Origin: Alphaproteobacteria bacterium
GTDB taxonomy: Bacteria > Pseudomonadota > Alphaproteobacteria > Bin95
Assembly (NCBI GenBank): GCA_964291285.2
Contig: OZ219787.1
Coordinates: 1,920,001 to 1,984,000 of the forward strand
Length of the DNA: 64,000 nucleotides
Direction of reading: 5' to 3'
A model generated the notes under the pieces. That model searched no databases, had not been told where the DNA came from, and saw only the letters and a program-made list of their open reading frames with translations. Made by a program: the position numbers and the translations under genes. Below, in pieces: positions 31,166-42,769 of this stretch. Within the stretch, counting starts at the first letter, position 1, and every line of letters starts with the position of its first letter.

Positions 31166-32287
31166 TCATACAAGCGGTTGCCGGCCGCCATTGTCGCCGA
31201 AGGCCTGTTCGCGGTAGAGGCCCAGCGTGCGCATGACCGGGAGGTCCGAGAGGCAGAACAGGCAGGCGTCGTCTGTTTCCGAGGCGTTGGCGTGTTCGTG
31301 CCAGGCCCAGGACGGTACGCAGAAGATGTCGCGCTCGGACCAGTCGTACCGTTTGCCGTCGATGATCGAGTGGCCGCGTCCCTTCGCGCACTGGTAAAGG
31401 AAGCTGCCGGTATGGCGGTGCGCCCGGGTGTGCTCGCCCGGCCGCAGCAATTGCATGCTGGCGCCCATGGTCTGCATGACGGGCCCGTTGGTCGCCGGGT
31501 TCACATAGTCCATCAACACGCCGTCATGCGGCGAGCCGTCGGTGCATTCGGCGTAGTTGAGCAGCGCCTCGTAAGTCCGCAGCCACTCATATTTGAACAG
31601 GGGCGAATATCCCTTGGTCCAGGCGCCGCCCGCCGGGGTGAGCCCGGGATTGCCCCAGGTACCCGTCACGTCGTCCACCTCGAAGGCGACGGCCTGGGCG
31701 AGGTCCGGATGCACCTCGTAGAAATTCGCCTCCATGGCGTTGACGAACGGGATGTCGAGGCCGTCCTGCCAGATGCAGGTGCTCCCGGCCGCCTCGACCC
31801 CGTGCTCGTGCCAGGTGCCGTTCGGCGTCAGCACGAAGTCGTTTGCGCCGAGCGTCATCTTGTGGCCGTCCACGACCGTGTAGGCGCCTTCGCCCTCCAT
31901 GATGAAGCGGATCGCGGACGCGGAATGGCGGTGCGCGCTCGCGGCCTCGCCCGGCTTCATCGCCTGCAGGCCGGCATAGATCCAGCCCACTGCCGCCGCC
32001 ACGTCCCGGCGACCGGGATTGTTGAGATAGACGACCCGCCGGCCCGCCTCTTCGGGCGTCACCAGGTCGAGGGACCGCAGGACATGGCCGCGCAGCGCGC
32101 GATAACGCCAGACGACCGGGACGGACTGCGAGACGGGCTCCCACGGCTCGATCCTGTTGGCGACCGTCCACAACGCACCGGCGTCGAGGCCGTCGAGCTC
32201 GTCGTAATAGGCCAGCAGTTCCGGCGTGTCCGCGACATTCGCCCTGCCGGGCGTGTCTTCCCGGTAGTTCTCGTGCTTCCTGCCCAT
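31166..32287 (-). CDS. Gentisate 1,2-dioxygenase-like bicupin
   Basis: AHRHSASAIRF, TP.GTWHEH, DGLDIP, HRHT and W.WHEH motifs. Confidence 0.88.
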   Translation of the reverse strand: MGRKHENYREDTPGRANVADTPELLAYYDELDGLDAGALWTVANRIEPWEPVSQSVPVVWRYRALRGHVLRSLDLVTPEEAGRRVVYLNNPGRRDVAAAVGWIYAGLQAMKPGEAASAHRHSASAIRFIMEGEGAYTVVDGHKMTLGANDFVLTPNGTWHEHGVEAAGSTCIWQDGLDIPFVNAMEANFYEVHPDLAQAVAFEVDDVTGTWGNPGLTPAGGAWTKGYSPLFKYEWLRTYEALLNYAECTDGSPHDGVLMDYVNPATNGPVMQTMGASMQLLRPGEHTRAHRHTGSFLYQCAKGRGHSIIDGKRYDWSERDIFCVPSWAWHEHANASETDDACLFCLSDLPVMRTLGLYREQAFGDNGGRQPLV

Positions 32288-32329
32288 CTGCCGCGCCTCC
32301 CGACGATGACCGTCAACAGGCCCTCCGCC

Positions 32330-33487
32330 TCACTCCGCCGCGGCCTTGCGCGCCTCTTCCCTGGCGATTTCGGCGGCGATGGCTTCGGCGGCGGTGCCGA
32401 CGAAGAGTTCCCGGTTCTCGTGGCTGTAGTCGTAGGACTCGCGCCTGAGCGCGTTCGAGCCGTGGAAATGCGGCATCACATAACGCTGCACCAGCTCGAA
32501 ATGGCGCCTGGTCGCGGGGAAGTCGGCCCAGTTGTGGGCGAGTTCGAGGAAGGCGCCGAAGCCGCCGGAGCCTTCCTGCAGGCGTTCGATATGCTCGATC
32601 ATGTCATCGGGCGTGCCGATCACCGCCATGCGGTTTTCGATCAGATAGGTGATCGGGTCGTCGATCTCCGGCGGCACGATCGGGAAGGTCGCGATCTCGC
32701 GGAAATATTTCGCCCAGAGTTCGAGGCCGAATTCGACGTTCCGGTAGGCCTGCTCGCGCGTCTCGGCGATATGGGCGAGCGTGACGATGCGCCAGTTCTC
32801 TCGGTTCACCGCCCTGCCGTTCTCCGCCGCCGCGCGCTCGCAGAGCTTCCAGTTGTTCGCGTGCGCCTCCAGCGCCTCGGGCGAGGTGCCGCCGATGGAG
32901 AGCATGCCGAGCCCGTGCCGGCCCGCCGCCAGCCCGCCCGCCGGTGAGCGCGCGCAGGCCACCGCCATTTCCATGTGCGGCCAGCTGTAGTTCGGCATCT
33001 GGAGCTGTGCCTCGCGGAGCTCGAACCAGTCCGTCTTCATCGAGACGCGCTCGCCCCGGAGCAGCGCCATCAGCGCGTCGAGGGCCTCGTTCATCATGCG
33101 GCGCTGCTCGCGCGGGTCGATCCCCATGCGGAAAGCGTCGCCCGCGAGCGCGCCCGGCCCCACGCCGAACATGGCGCGTCCCTTCGTCATGTGGTCGAGT
33201 TGCACCATCCGGTCCGCAAGCGCGAAGGGGTGGTGGTAGGGCAGCGAGACGACGCCGGTGCCGAGGCGGATATGCCGGGTCCGCTCGGCGGCGGCGGCGA
33301 TGAACAGTTCCGGGCACGCGATGATCTCGAAGCCGCCGGAATGGTGCTCGCCGACCCAGACCTCGTGATAGTTGAGCCGGTCGAGATGCTCGATCAGCTC
33401 CATGTCCCGGTCGAGGCAGGCGGTCGGGTTCTCGTTCACCGGGTGAAACGGAGCGAGAAAGATTCCGAAGCGGAGCGGGGCGGGCAT
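32330..33487 (-). CDS. Luciferase-like (LLM) flavin-dependent monooxygenase
   Basis: FGIFLAPFH, WVGEHHS, RLGTGVVSLPYHHP and FGVGPG motifs. Confidence 0.9.
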   Translation of the reverse strand: MPAPLRFGIFLAPFHPVNENPTACLDRDMELIEHLDRLNYHEVWVGEHHSGGFEIIACPELFIAAAAERTRHIRLGTGVVSLPYHHPFALADRMVQLDHMTKGRAMFGVGPGALAGDAFRMGIDPREQRRMMNEALDALMALLRGERVSMKTDWFELREAQLQMPNYSWPHMEMAVACARSPAGGLAAGRHGLGMLSIGGTSPEALEAHANNWKLCERAAAENGRAVNRENWRIVTLAHIAETREQAYRNVEFGLELWAKYFREIATFPIVPPEIDDPITYLIENRMAVIGTPDDMIEHIERLQEGSGGFGAFLELAHNWADFPATRRHFELVQRYVMPHFHGSNALRRESYDYSHENRELFVGTAAEAIAAEIAREEARKAAAE

Positions 33488-33558
33488 GGGAATTCAGGTC
33501 CTTCTGGCAGGTCGCCGCCCATAATGGGCCTCGCGCCCGGATTAGAAAAGACGCACGC

Positions 33559-34797
33559 TCATGGCGGCGCGGGCGCGCGCCAGGGGCGGAGCGCGGGGAT
33601 GGCCAGCAGCACCAGCGCCATGCAGACAAGTCCTTCCGCCGCCATGATGCCGACGGCGGTCTGGGGGCCGAAATGCTCCGCCATGAAGCCGACATGCAGC
33701 GTGCCGACCGGCCCGCCGGCGCCGATGGCGACCGTCATCACCCCCATGACCCGCGCGCGCATCGCCGGCGCGGCGCTGTGCAGGATGAGGGCGCCCTGCA
33801 TGGCCGCGAAACCGGCGAAACCGATGCCGCTCGCCAGCAGCACGGCCATGGCTTCGCGGTAGCCGGGAGCGAAGGAGAAGCCCACGACGCAGGCGAGGAA
33901 CGTCGCGCCGGCAATGACATAAAGGCGCAGGAAATGCCGCGGCCGGACGAACGCGGCAATGACCAGCGCGGTCGCGAATGCAGTCGCCGCCTCGGCGGAC
34001 ATGAGCGAGCCGGTCGCCGTTGCGTCGAGCTGCAGCGTCTGGCGCCCGATGACCGGGAGCATGTTGAGATAAGGGAAGCCGAAGACGTTCATCACGATCG
34101 TAAGCAGGACGGTGCCCAGCACCGCCTGCGCATGCGGCAGATAGGCGAAGGCATCGCGAATGTCGGAAAGGACGCCGCGGCCCGCAGGCGGGGCGGACGG
34201 CCGCCGGTATGAGGCGGAGAAAAGGAGCCCCGCGCTGCAGGCGAAGCAGGCCGCGCCCGCCAGGTAAGCGCCGCCGATGCCGATAGTGTCCATCAGCACG
34301 CCGCCCACGAGCGGCCCCAGCATGCGGGTGAAGTTGGCCGTCGCGCTGTCGAGCGCCATGGCCGTGCCGATGCGGGGCCGTCCGGCGAGGTCTCCCAGCA
34401 TCGTGCGCCGCACGGGGAAGTCGAGCGCCCAGAATACGCCGCTGCAGAACATGCCGACTGCCGCGTGGTGGACTTCCAGTTCGCCGGCGAAGGCAAGCAG
34501 GCAGAGCGCGCCGTTGACGACGGTCATGGCGAGAAAGCCGGCAAGCAGGATCAGGCGGCGGTCGCTGCGCTCGGAAAGCGCGCCCGCAAAGGCCCCGAGC
34601 AGGAACATGGGCGCGAGCCGCAGGAACAGCACGAGCGACACGATCATCGGCGAACCGGTTTCGTCGGTGACGAACAGGCCGATGGCCAGCACTTCCAGCC
34701 AGCGCACGCCGCCTGCCACGGCCCCGGCCGCCCATGCGCGGCGGAAAGGCCTGCGCGCCAGCAGGCGCAGCGGAGCAGGCAGGGCCCGGGGATTCAT
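33559..34797 (-). CDS. MFS transporter
   Basis: About 12 hydrophobic helices, G.LSERSDRR loop motif and GP..GG. Confidence 0.88.
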   Translation of the reverse strand: MNPRALPAPLRLLARRPFRRAWAAGAVAGGVRWLEVLAIGLFVTDETGSPMIVSLVLFLRLAPMFLLGAFAGALSERSDRRLILLAGFLAMTVVNGALCLLAFAGELEVHHAAVGMFCSGVFWALDFPVRRTMLGDLAGRPRIGTAMALDSATANFTRMLGPLVGGVLMDTIGIGGAYLAGAACFACSAGLLFSASYRRPSAPPAGRGVLSDIRDAFAYLPHAQAVLGTVLLTIVMNVFGFPYLNMLPVIGRQTLQLDATATGSLMSAEAATAFATALVIAAFVRPRHFLRLYVIAGATFLACVVGFSFAPGYREAMAVLLASGIGFAGFAAMQGALILHSAAPAMRARVMGVMTVAIGAGGPVGTLHVGFMAEHFGPQTAVGIMAAEGLVCMALVLLAIPALRPWRAPAPP

Positions 34798-34835
34798 GAA
34801 AGCGCCGGACGAGCGGTGCCGCCCGGCCTATCGGC

Positions 34836-34863
34836 AAAAGGCCCGGCGCTCGGCCGGGCCTTT
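34836..34863 (-). terminator. Intrinsic terminator after tRNA-Ala
   Basis: AAAGGCCCGGC-N5-GCCGGGCCTTT stem with a short T tract on the minus strand. Confidence 0.65.
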
Positions 34864-34872
34864 CGGGCGGGT

Positions 34873-34948
<76 letters not shown>

Positions 34949-35045
34949 CCGGCATGTCCGTGCAACGCGCAGGCCCGCAGCCGGCCGGTTGCGAAGCCTC
35001 AATATAGTCCCTGCCGCCGATTGCCGACAAGGGCAGGTCGGCAGT

Positions 35046-35366
35046 TCAGCCGTCGTCCTCCCCTTCCTTCTTGGCGCCGCCGGCGACGACGTCGCCGAGG
35101 TCTTCGTCGTCGTCAAGGTCCTCGACGTCCCCGTCGTCCTCGTTCTCGTCGTCGAGAGCGATATCGTCCTCGCTCTCGTCCTTCGGCGGGGGCTGCTTCG
35201 GCGCGGCGCGCGGGGCGGGCGGTTTGGCGCGGCGGGGCTTCAGGAAGCTCGCCTGGGAATGCTCCGCCCCGCATTCCGGGCAGGTCGCAGGGTCCTTTCC
35301 GAGGTCGTAGAACTTGGCGCCGCATGAGGGACAAACACGCTTGCTGCCGAGATTCGGACGGGCCAC
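35046..35366 (-). CDS. TIGR02300 (FYDLN acid) family protein
   Basis: [22 protein letters not shown] plus acidic tail; divergent from aroA as usual. Confidence 0.92.
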   Translation of the reverse strand: MARPNLGSKRVCPSCGAKFYDLGKDPATCPECGAEHSQASFLKPRRAKPPAPRAAPKQPPPKDESEDDIALDDENEDDGDVEDLDDDEDLGDVVAGGAKKEGEDDG

Positions 35367-35457
35367 GGGCGGTCTCCGAAAATTATATGAAACGAAAGCG
35401 GCGAGCGTTTGCCAGAAGGGCGGCGGAGTGTCAAAACGAATTCGACAGGGCGGGGCA

Positions 35458-36792
35458 ATGAGTCCGGAGGTTCGATCGGTGACCGGGACTGGCAGGGCGG
35501 TTTCGCATCCTTGCGGCGCGCTCCGGGGGGAGGCGCGTGCGCCGGGCGACAAATCGGTTTCGCACCGGGCGCTGATGCTCGCCGGCGTCGCCGTCGGCGA
35601 GACGAGGATCGACGGGCTGCTCGAAGGCGAAGACGTGCTGGCGACTGCGGCCGCCATGCGCGCGCTGGGCATCGAAGTGGAGCGCACCGGGCCCGGAAGC
35701 TGGCAGGTCAACGGACGCGGGGTCGGCGGGCTGACCGAGCCGGAGAACGTGCTCGACATGGGCAATTCCGGCACGGCGGCGCGCCTTTTGCTCGGCCTGC
35801 TGGCGACGCACAGGCTGACCGCGACCCTGACGGGCGATGCCTCGCTCCGGTCCCGCCCGATGCGCCGGGTGAGCGAACCGCTGTCCCGATTCGGCGCGGC
35901 CTTTCACGGCCGGGCGGGCGGCATGTTGCCGCTCACCGTCGTCGGCACGGGCTTCCCGGTGCCGGTGCGCTACGAACTGCCGGTCGCCTCGGCGCAGGTG
36001 AAGTCGGCGGTGCTGCTGGCAGGGCTCAACACGCCGGGCGAGACGGTGGTGGTGGAGCCCTCGCCGACGCGCGACCACACGGAGCGCATGCTGCGGCATT
36101 TCGGAGCATCCGTGCAGCAGGAGGAAGACGGCGTCGTGCGGCTCACCGGCGAGCCGGAGCTTGTTGCACGTCCGGTGTCGGTGCCGGGGGACATTTCCTC
36201 GGCCTCCTTTCCGCTCGCGGCCGCGGCCATAGTGCCGGACTCGCGCGTGACGGTGGCCGGCGTCGGCCTCAATCCGGGGCGTATCGGGCTGGTTGAGACG
36301 CTCCGCGAGATGGGGGCCGATATCTCCGTGACGAATGAGCGCGTCGAAGGCGGCGAGCCGGTGGGCGACATCGCTCTCGCCTGGAGCCGGCTTGCAGCCG
36401 TGGATGTCCCGCCATCGCGCGTGCCGAGCATGATCGACGAGTTTCCCATCCTCGCGGTAGCCGCGGCGTTTGCGGAAGGAACCACCCGCATGTCGGGCCT
36501 GGCCGAACTGCGCGTCAAGGAAAGCGACCGCCTGGGCGCGATGGCGGCCGGGCTCGCGGCCTGCGGCGTCGAGGTGCGGGAAAGCGCCGACACGCTGGAG
36601 GTCACGGGCGGGCGGCCCCGCGGCGGCGTCGAGATCGCGAGCCGGCTCGACCACCGCATCGCCATGGCCTTCCTGGTGCTGGGCATGGGCGCGCGCGAAG
36701 CGGTGCGGATTGACGATATCGCGCCGGTGGCGACTTCTTTTCCCGGCTTTGTCGGGCTGATGAACGAACTCGGCGCGGCGGTCGAGGTGTGA
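35458..36792 (+). CDS. aroA: 3-phosphoshikimate 1-carboxyvinyltransferase
   Basis: [30 protein letters not shown] and DHRIAM motifs. Confidence 0.97.
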   Translation: MSPEVRSVTGTGRAVSHPCGALRGEARAPGDKSVSHRALMLAGVAVGETRIDGLLEGEDVLATAAAMRALGIEVERTGPGSWQVNGRGVGGLTEPENVLDMGNSGTAARLLLGLLATHRLTATLTGDASLRSRPMRRVSEPLSRFGAAFHGRAGGMLPLTVVGTGFPVPVRYELPVASAQVKSAVLLAGLNTPGETVVVEPSPTRDHTERMLRHFGASVQQEEDGVVRLTGEPELVARPVSVPGDISSASFPLAAAAIVPDSRVTVAGVGLNPGRIGLVETLREMGADISVTNERVEGGEPVGDIALAWSRLAAVDVPPSRVPSMIDEFPILAVAAAFAEGTTRMSGLAELRVKESDRLGAMAAGLAACGVEVRESADTLEVTGGRPRGGVEIASRLDHRIAMAFLVLGMGAREAVRIDDIAPVATSFPGFVGLMNELGAAVEV

Positions 36793-37445
36793 TCGTGACC
36801 ATCGATGGGCCGGCGGCGGCCGGCAAGGGCACGCTGGCGCGGCGGCTCGCGACGGCGCTCGGCTATGTCTATCTGGACACGGGCGCGATCTACCGGGCGG
36901 TCGCGAAGTCGGTGCTGGACGCCGGCGGCGATCCGGACGACCCCGGAGAGGCCGCCGCGCACGCGGAAGCGCTGGATCCGGCCATGCTCGACGCCCCCGG
37001 CCTGCGCGGCGAGGCGGTGGGCGATGCGGCTTCCCGCGTGGCCGCCCTGCCGGCCGTGCGGACCGCCTTGCTTGCCTTCCAGAGGCGGGTGGCGGCGACG
37101 CCGCCGGGGGCCGTGCTGGACGGGCGCGACACCGGCACCGTCATCTGCCCGGACGCGGAACTCAAGCTGTTCGTTACGGCCGGCCTGGAGGAGCGCGCGC
37201 GCCGCCGTCTGGAAGAGTTGCGGTCAAAGGGGGAAACGCTTATGTTACCGGAGGTTCTGGCCGAGGTTGCCGCGCGCGACTCCAGAGACCGCGCCCGTCT
37301 GATCGCGCCATTGCGGCAGGCGGGTGATGCCGTCGAGATCGACACCACGGGGATGACCCCGGATGCGGTCTTCCAGCAGGCGTTATTGCTGGCGACGGAG
37401 CGTCTCGCGGCATTGCAAGGCGGGCCGGACCCGGGCGGACGATGA
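36789..37445 (+). CDS. cmk: Cytidylate kinase
   Basis: [19 protein letters not shown] and DGRD.GT motifs. Confidence 0.96.
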   Translation: MIVTIDGPAAAGKGTLARRLATALGYVYLDTGAIYRAVAKSVLDAGGDPDDPGEAAAHAEALDPAMLDAPGLRGEAVGDAASRVAALPAVRTALLAFQRRVAATPPGAVLDGRDTGTVICPDAELKLFVTAGLEERARRRLEELRSKGETLMLPEVLAEVAARDSRDRARLIAPLRQAGDAVEIDTTGMTPDAVFQQALLLATERLAALQGGPDPGGR

Positions 37446-37522
37446 GAAAGGATCGGCCTGCCTTTCGCCGATGAGGGCGGATGGCGAGCCGGTTTGCAGT
37501 TGGAAAGGAACGCAGCAGCCGA

Positions 37523-39283
37523 ATGGCTACTTCTCTTGCCGAAGCCGGCGCGGCAGGCGCCGAAAAAGAAAATTTCGCAGCCCTTCTGGAAGAGTCGCTG
37601 GATGCGACCAGGGGCTTCGAAGGAACGGTCGTCAAAGGCCGGGTGATCGCTGTTGAAAACGACATGGCGCTGATCGATGTCGGGCTCAAGGCGGAGGGGC
37701 GGGTGCCTCTCAAGGAATTCGCGACACCGGGCCGGCCGGCGGAAATCTCGACGGGCGACGAGGTCGAGATTTACGTCGAACGCCTTGAGGACAAGAACGG
37801 CGAAGCGGTGCTCAGCCGCGACAAGGCCAAGCGCGAGGAAGCGTGGAGCCATCTCGAAACCGCGTTCAAGGCGAACGACAAGGTTTCGGGCGTCATCTTC
37901 GGAAAGGTGAAGGGCGGGTTCACCGTCGATCTCTCAGGCGCGGTCGCGTTCCTGCCGGGCAGCCAGGTGGACATTCGCCCGGTGCGCGACATCGGGCCGC
38001 TGATGGGCGCTCCGCAGCCCTTCCTGATCCTCAAGATGGACCGCTCGCGCGGCAATATCGTCGTGTCGCGGCGCGCCGTGCTGGAGGAAAGCCGCGCCGA
38101 GGCGCGCAACGAGCTCATCGCCAATCTGCGCGAGGGTCAGGTGCTGAACGGCGTCGTCAAGAACATCACCGATTACGGCGCATTCATCGACCTTGGCGGC
38201 GTGGACGGGCTGCTGCATGTGACCGACATCGCATGGCACCGCATCAACCACCCGAGCGAAGCCCTCAGTATCGGCCAGACGGTCGAGGTGCAGGTCATCC
38301 GCTTCAACCTGGAAACCCAGCGCATCTCGCTCGGCATGAAGCAACTCCAGGTGGACCCGTGGGAGGGCGTGGCCCTCAAATACCCGGTGGGGGCCAATTA
38401 CCGCGGGCGCGTCACCAACATCACCGACTACGGCGCCTTCGTCGAGCTGGAGCCGGGCGTCGAGGGCCTTGTCCATGTCTCGGAGATGAGCTGGACCAAG
38501 AAGAACGTCCATCCCGGCAAGATCGTCTCCACCAGCCAGGAAGTGGATGTGCGCATTCTCGACCTGGACCTGGAGAAGCGCCGCATCAGCCTCGGCATCA
38601 AGCAGACCCAGGCCAATCCGTGGGAGAACTTCCTGGAGCAGTTTCCGCTCGGCAGCACGGTCGAGGGCGAGGTCAAGAACATCACCGAGTTCGGCCTGTT
38701 CGTCGGCCTTCCGGGCGACATCGACGGCATGGTCCATCTTTCCGACCTCGCCTGGGGCCGGCAGGGCGACGACGCGGTGCAGGACTTCTCCAGGGGCGAC
38801 ACGGTCCAGGCGAAAGTGCTGGATGTGGACGTTGAGAAGGAGCGCATCAGCCTCGGCATCAAACAGCTCACCGAGGACCCGTTCGAGAGCGCGACGCGCG
38901 GCGGCGCGCGCAGCGGCGCCCTGCGCCGCGGCTCGGTGATGACCGTGACGGTGGCGGCCGTGCTCGACAACGCCCTCGAAGTGACGCTGCCGGGCGAGCT
39001 CACCGGCGTCATCCGGCGCAGCGAACTCGGTCGGGACCGCTCGGAGCAGCGCCCGGACCGCTTCGCCGTGGGCGAGCGCCTTGATGCCAAGGTCACCCAG
39101 GTGGACAAGGCCGGTCGGCGTATTCAGCTTTCGATCAAGGCGCTGGAAATCGACGAGGAACGTTCGGCGATGGAACAGTTCGGCTCTTCCGACAGCGGCG
39201 CGAGCCTTGGCGACATTCTCGGCGCAGCGCTCCGCGACCGGGCTCAGCGGGAAGAGGAAGAGAACGACAACCCGGACAGCTAG
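37523..39283 (+). CDS. rpsA: 30S ribosomal protein S1
   Basis: Six S1 repeats (NITDYGAF, GLLHVTD, RISLG). Confidence 0.98.
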   Translation: MATSLAEAGAAGAEKENFAALLEESLDATRGFEGTVVKGRVIAVENDMALIDVGLKAEGRVPLKEFATPGRPAEISTGDEVEIYVERLEDKNGEAVLSRDKAKREEAWSHLETAFKANDKVSGVIFGKVKGGFTVDLSGAVAFLPGSQVDIRPVRDIGPLMGAPQPFLILKMDRSRGNIVVSRRAVLEESRAEARNELIANLREGQVLNGVVKNITDYGAFIDLGGVDGLLHVTDIAWHRINHPSEALSIGQTVEVQVIRFNLETQRISLGMKQLQVDPWEGVALKYPVGANYRGRVTNITDYGAFVELEPGVEGLVHVSEMSWTKKNVHPGKIVSTSQEVDVRILDLDLEKRRISLGIKQTQANPWENFLEQFPLGSTVEGEVKNITEFGLFVGLPGDIDGMVHLSDLAWGRQGDDAVQDFSRGDTVQAKVLDVDVEKERISLGIKQLTEDPFESATRGGARSGALRRGSVMTVTVAAVLDNALEVTLPGELTGVIRRSELGRDRSEQRPDRFAVGERLDAKVTQVDKAGRRIQLSIKALEIDEERSAMEQFGSSDSGASLGDILGAALRDRAQREEEENDNPDS

Positions 39284-39302
39284 CCGGGGACGGCGGAGGA
39301 CA

Positions 39303-40214
39303 GTGGCCGCGCTCGCACCGATCCGCCATGCGTGGCTGAAGCGCCAGCTTCGGCTCTGGCGGTTCGGCGCCTTGTTCGCGGCGGCGGCGGCGCTGGCGGC
39401 GGTGCTGTATTCGGCGGCGGAACCGTTTGCCGATGGCGGCGACCATGTGGCGCGGGTCCATGTCGAAGGCTTCATTCGCGACGACCGCGCGCTCCGGCGC
39501 CGGCTCGACGAAATCGCCGCGGATGATCGCGCCCGGGCGCTTCTGGTCGTCATCGACAGTACGGGGGGTGCAGCAGCCGCGGCCGAAGCCCTGTATTCCG
39601 CGCTGAGAAGGGTCAGTTCAGCCAAGCCCGTCGCCGCCGTCATGGGTGCGACGGGCGCGTCCGGCGCCTATCTGGTCGCCGTCGGCGCGGACCGGATCTT
39701 CGTGCGGAAGACCACGATCACCGGGTCGATAGGCGTCATTCTGCAGGCGCCCCAGGTCGTCGGGCTCATGGAAAAGCTCGGCATTGACGTGGATGTCGTG
39801 CGCAGCGGGCCGTTGAAGACGGTGCCGAATCCGGTGGAACGATTGACGCCTGCCGGCCGCGCCGCCATCCGGTCGCTGGTGAACGAAATCCACGCTCTGT
39901 TCGTCGATACGGTGGTCGAGCGCCGTCAGCTCACACGGACGGAAGTGCTGGCCCTTGCGGACGGGCGGGTTTTCACCGGGTGGTCGGCCGTCGGGAACGG
40001 CCTCGTCGATGCCATTGGCGGTGAGACTGCGGCGCGCGACTGGCTCGCGGCGGAACATGGCATTGGGCGGACTCTTGCATCGGTTGACCGGGATCCGGAA
40101 CGCAATAAGAACTGGTTGGACCGGATTGCGGGTCGTTTATTCGGACAAGGCACGGCTGCAGAGAGTCTTTTGCTTGACGGGGTATTGGCAGTTTGGCATC
40201 CTGCGCTGCGTTAG
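39303..40214 (+). CDS. sppA: Signal peptide peptidase SppA
   Basis: IDS.GG, ASGAY, TGSIGV, SGPLK and ADGRVFTG; GTG start with GGAGG. Confidence 0.9.
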   Translation: MAALAPIRHAWLKRQLRLWRFGALFAAAAALAAVLYSAAEPFADGGDHVARVHVEGFIRDDRALRRRLDEIAADDRARALLVVIDSTGGAAAAAEALYSALRRVSSAKPVAAVMGATGASGAYLVAVGADRIFVRKTTITGSIGVILQAPQVVGLMEKLGIDVDVVRSGPLKTVPNPVERLTPAGRAAIRSLVNEIHALFVDTVVERRQLTRTEVLALADGRVFTGWSAVGNGLVDAIGGETAARDWLAAEHGIGRTLASVDRDPERNKNWLDRIAGRLFGQGTAAESLLLDGVLAVWHPALR

Positions 40215-40239
40215 TATTGGGGGCGTCGGGGGATTTTAC

Positions 40240-40527
40240 ATGACACGTTCCGAACTCATCAAACGAATTGCAGAACGAAATCCGGAGTTAGCTTACGGCG
40301 ACGCTGTGAAATTAGTTGCTACTTTTTTCGAAGAAATCTCCGAAGCGCTGGCGGAGGGCGACCGAGTGGAATTAAGGGGATTCGGCGCCTTTTGGACCAA
40401 GGAAAGACAGGCGCGCACAGGCCGGAACCCGGCAACCGGCGCGCCCGTGTCGGTCGAGGCAAAACTCCTGCCCGCCTTCAAGGCGGGAAAGCGTCTTCGC
40501 GAACGTTTGAACGGAAAAGCGGAGTAA
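40240..40527 (+). CDS. ihfB: Integration host factor beta
   Basis: [24 protein letters not shown] and FKAGK.LRERLN; rpsA-sppA-ihfB order. Confidence 0.92.
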   Translation: MTRSELIKRIAERNPELAYGDAVKLVATFFEEISEALAEGDRVELRGFGAFWTKERQARTGRNPATGAPVSVEAKLLPAFKAGKRLRERLNGKAE

Positions 40528-40540
40528 AGGCGGATCGGCC

Positions 40541-40849
40541 GTGGCTTTCATCCGGGCAGCTTCCATTCTGGCGATTGCCTTGGTCGCAGCCCTTTTTGCC
40601 GTTGAAAACATGCACGAAGTTGCGATCGGTGTCTTCCCGGTCGGATCGAGCGTATCGCTCCCGGTTTATCTGATTGTCCTGGTTCCGCTTGCGGTCGGCC
40701 TGGTGGCGGGCTGGGCGTTGTCGGGGATAGCGGGCGGCAGGGCGCGCAAGCGCCGCCTCCGCCGGCAGGCAACGCAGGCAGGCGGCCGGAAGGAAACGGT
40801 TGCGGCAGGCGCTGGCGGAAAGAACCCGGCGCTGCCCGCGGCTCCCTGA
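40541..40849 (+). CDS. lapA: LapA-domain membrane protein
   Basis: FAVEN...V...FP between two TM helices, basic tail, follows ihfB. Confidence 0.72.
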   Translation: MAFIRAASILAIALVAALFAVENMHEVAIGVFPVGSSVSLPVYLIVLVPLAVGLVAGWALSGIAGGRARKRRLRRQATQAGGRKETVAAGAGGKNPALPAAP

Positions 40850-41490
40850 TGTCCGTCCAGGTCAAGATTTGCGGCATCCGGGACCGGGAGGTTCTGGAAA
40901 GCGCCGTGGAGGGCGGAGCCGCGGCGGTGGGCTTCGCCTTCGTTGCGGGCAGCCCGCGGGAACTGTCGCCCGGTGAGGCGGCCCGCCTCGCTCCGCACGT
41001 GCCCCCCGCCGTGCTCAAGGTCGGCCTGTTTGTGGATGCGGAGGACGAGGCAATCGGACAGGCAGCCGAAGCGGCTGGGCTCGATGTCCTGCAGTTGCAC
41101 GGTCGCGAGACGCCGCGGCGCGCCTCCGAAGTCCGTGGGCGTTTCGGCCTTGAGGTGTGGAAGGCGCTGCCCGTTTCCGGGCCGGCCGATGTCTCGGCGA
41201 CCTTTGCATATGAGGACGCGGTTGACCGCCTGCTGTTCGATTCGCGCCCGCCGGCGGGCGCGCGCCTGCCGGGCGGCAACGCCCTTGCCTTCGATTGGTC
41301 GCTGCTTGCCGCGCCCTTGCCGGACCTGCCCTGGCTGCTGTCCGGCGGGCTGACGGCCGACAATCTGGAGGAGGCGGTGGGCGCTTCCGGGGCGGTCGCG
41401 GTCGATGTGTCCTCCGGCGTGGAACGGAGCCGGGGCGTCAAGGACCCGGCGCTGGTCCGCGCTTTCCTGGAGAAGGCGGCAACGCTTTGA
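40849..41490 (+). CDS. trpF: Phosphoribosylanthranilate isomerase
   Basis: VKICGI, QLHG.E, FDW, LSGGL..N and VDVSSGVE motifs. Confidence 0.96.
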   Translation: MSVQVKICGIRDREVLESAVEGGAAAVGFAFVAGSPRELSPGEAARLAPHVPPAVLKVGLFVDAEDEAIGQAAEAAGLDVLQLHGRETPRRASEVRGRFGLEVWKALPVSGPADVSATFAYEDAVDRLLFDSRPPAGARLPGGNALAFDWSLLAAPLPDLPWLLSGGLTADNLEEAVGASGAVAVDVSSGVERSRGVKDPALVRAFLEKAATL

Positions 41491-41548
41491 TTTCACAGCC
41501 GGCGCGCGTATGGTCCGGCCCGATTGCGCGACCCGGGGAACGAAGGCG

Positions 41549-42769
41549 ATGAGTCCCGATACCGCCGCCAACAGCTACCGCCTGGGGCCCGACGAGCAGG
41601 GCCATTTCGGCCTCTATGGCGGTCGGTATGTGGCGGAGACGCTGATGCCGCTGATCCGCGAGGTCGGCACCGCCTATGAGGAGGCGAAGAACGATCCGGC
41701 GTTCCACGAGGAGATGGGCCGGTTCCACAAGCACTATACCGGCCGGCCGAGCCCGCTCTATTTCGCCGAACGGCTGACGGCGCATCTGGGCGGCGCGAAG
41801 ATCTACTTCAAGCGCGACGAGCTGAACCACACCGGTTCGCACAAGATCAACAACTGCCTCGGCCAGATCCTTCTCGCCCGGCGCATGGGCAAGACCCGGA
41901 TCATCGCGGAGACCGGGGCCGGGCAGCATGGCGTGGCGGCAGCGACGGTCTGCGCCCGCTTCGACCTGCCCTGCACGGTCTATATGGGATCCGTCGATAT
42001 CGCCCGGCAGGCGCCCAACGTCTTCCGCATGCGCCTGCTCGGCGCCGAGGTGAGGGCGGTCGAAAGCGGCTCTCGCACGCTGAAGGACGCGCTCAACGAG
42101 GCGCTGCGCGACTGGGTCGCCAATGTCCACGATACCTTCTACATCATCGGCACGGCCGCCGGGCCGGCGCCCTATCCGGAGATGGTGCGGGACTTCCAGT
42201 GCGTCATCGGCGACGAGGTGCGCTCGCAGATCGTGGAGGCCGAGGGGCGGCTGCCGGACACGGTGGTCGCCTGCATTGGCGGCGGGTCGAACGCCATTGG
42301 CCTCTTCCATCCCTTCCTGGACGAGCCGGACGTGTGCATTGTCGGCGTCGAGGCGGCGGGGCGCGGGCTGGAAAGCGGGGAACATGCCGCCTCGCTCACC
42401 GGCGGCTCGCCGGGCGTGCTGCACGGCAACCGCACCTATCTGCTCCAGAACGAGGACGGCCAGATCACCGATGCGCATTCGATCTCGGCCGGGCTCGACT
42501 ATCCCGGAATCGGGCCGGAGCACGCCTGGCTGAAGGATGCGGGGCGTGCGGAATACATGTCGGCGACGGACGCGGAAGCGCTCGAGGCCTTCCAGCTCTG
42601 CGCCCGGCTGGAGGGTATCATTCCGGCGCTGGAGCCGGCGCACGCGCTCGCCTGGGTAGTCCGCGCCGCGCCGGACCTGCCGCGCGACCACATCCTGGTG
42701 ATGAACATGTGCGGACGCGGCGACAAGGATGTCTTCAGCGTCGGCGAAGCGCTGGGGATCGACCTGTGA
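41549..42769 (+). CDS. trpB: Tryptophan synthase beta
   Basis: [26 protein letters not shown] and SAGLDYPG motifs. Confidence 0.98.
   Translation: MSPDTAANSYRLGPDEQGHFGLYGGRYVAETLMPLIREVGTAYEEAKNDPAFHEEMGRFHKHYTGRPSPLYFAERLTAHLGGAKIYFKRDELNHTGSHKINNCLGQILLARRMGKTRIIAETGAGQHGVAAATVCARFDLPCTVYMGSVDIARQAPNVFRMRLLGAEVRAVESGSRTLKDALNEALRDWVANVHDTFYIIGTAAGPAPYPEMVRDFQCVIGDEVRSQIVEAEGRLPDTVVACIGGGSNAIGLFHPFLDEPDVCIVGVEAAGRGLESGEHAASLTGGSPGVLHGNRTYLLQNEDGQITDAHSISAGLDYPGIGPEHAWLKDAGRAEYMSATDAEALEAFQLCARLEGIIPALEPAHALAWVVRAAPDLPRDHILVMNMCGRGDKDVFSVGEALGIDL

Noticed and set aside
40100-40380. AT-rich patch as foreign DNA
   Set aside because: Corresponds to the ihfB promoter and 5' end within a conserved operon
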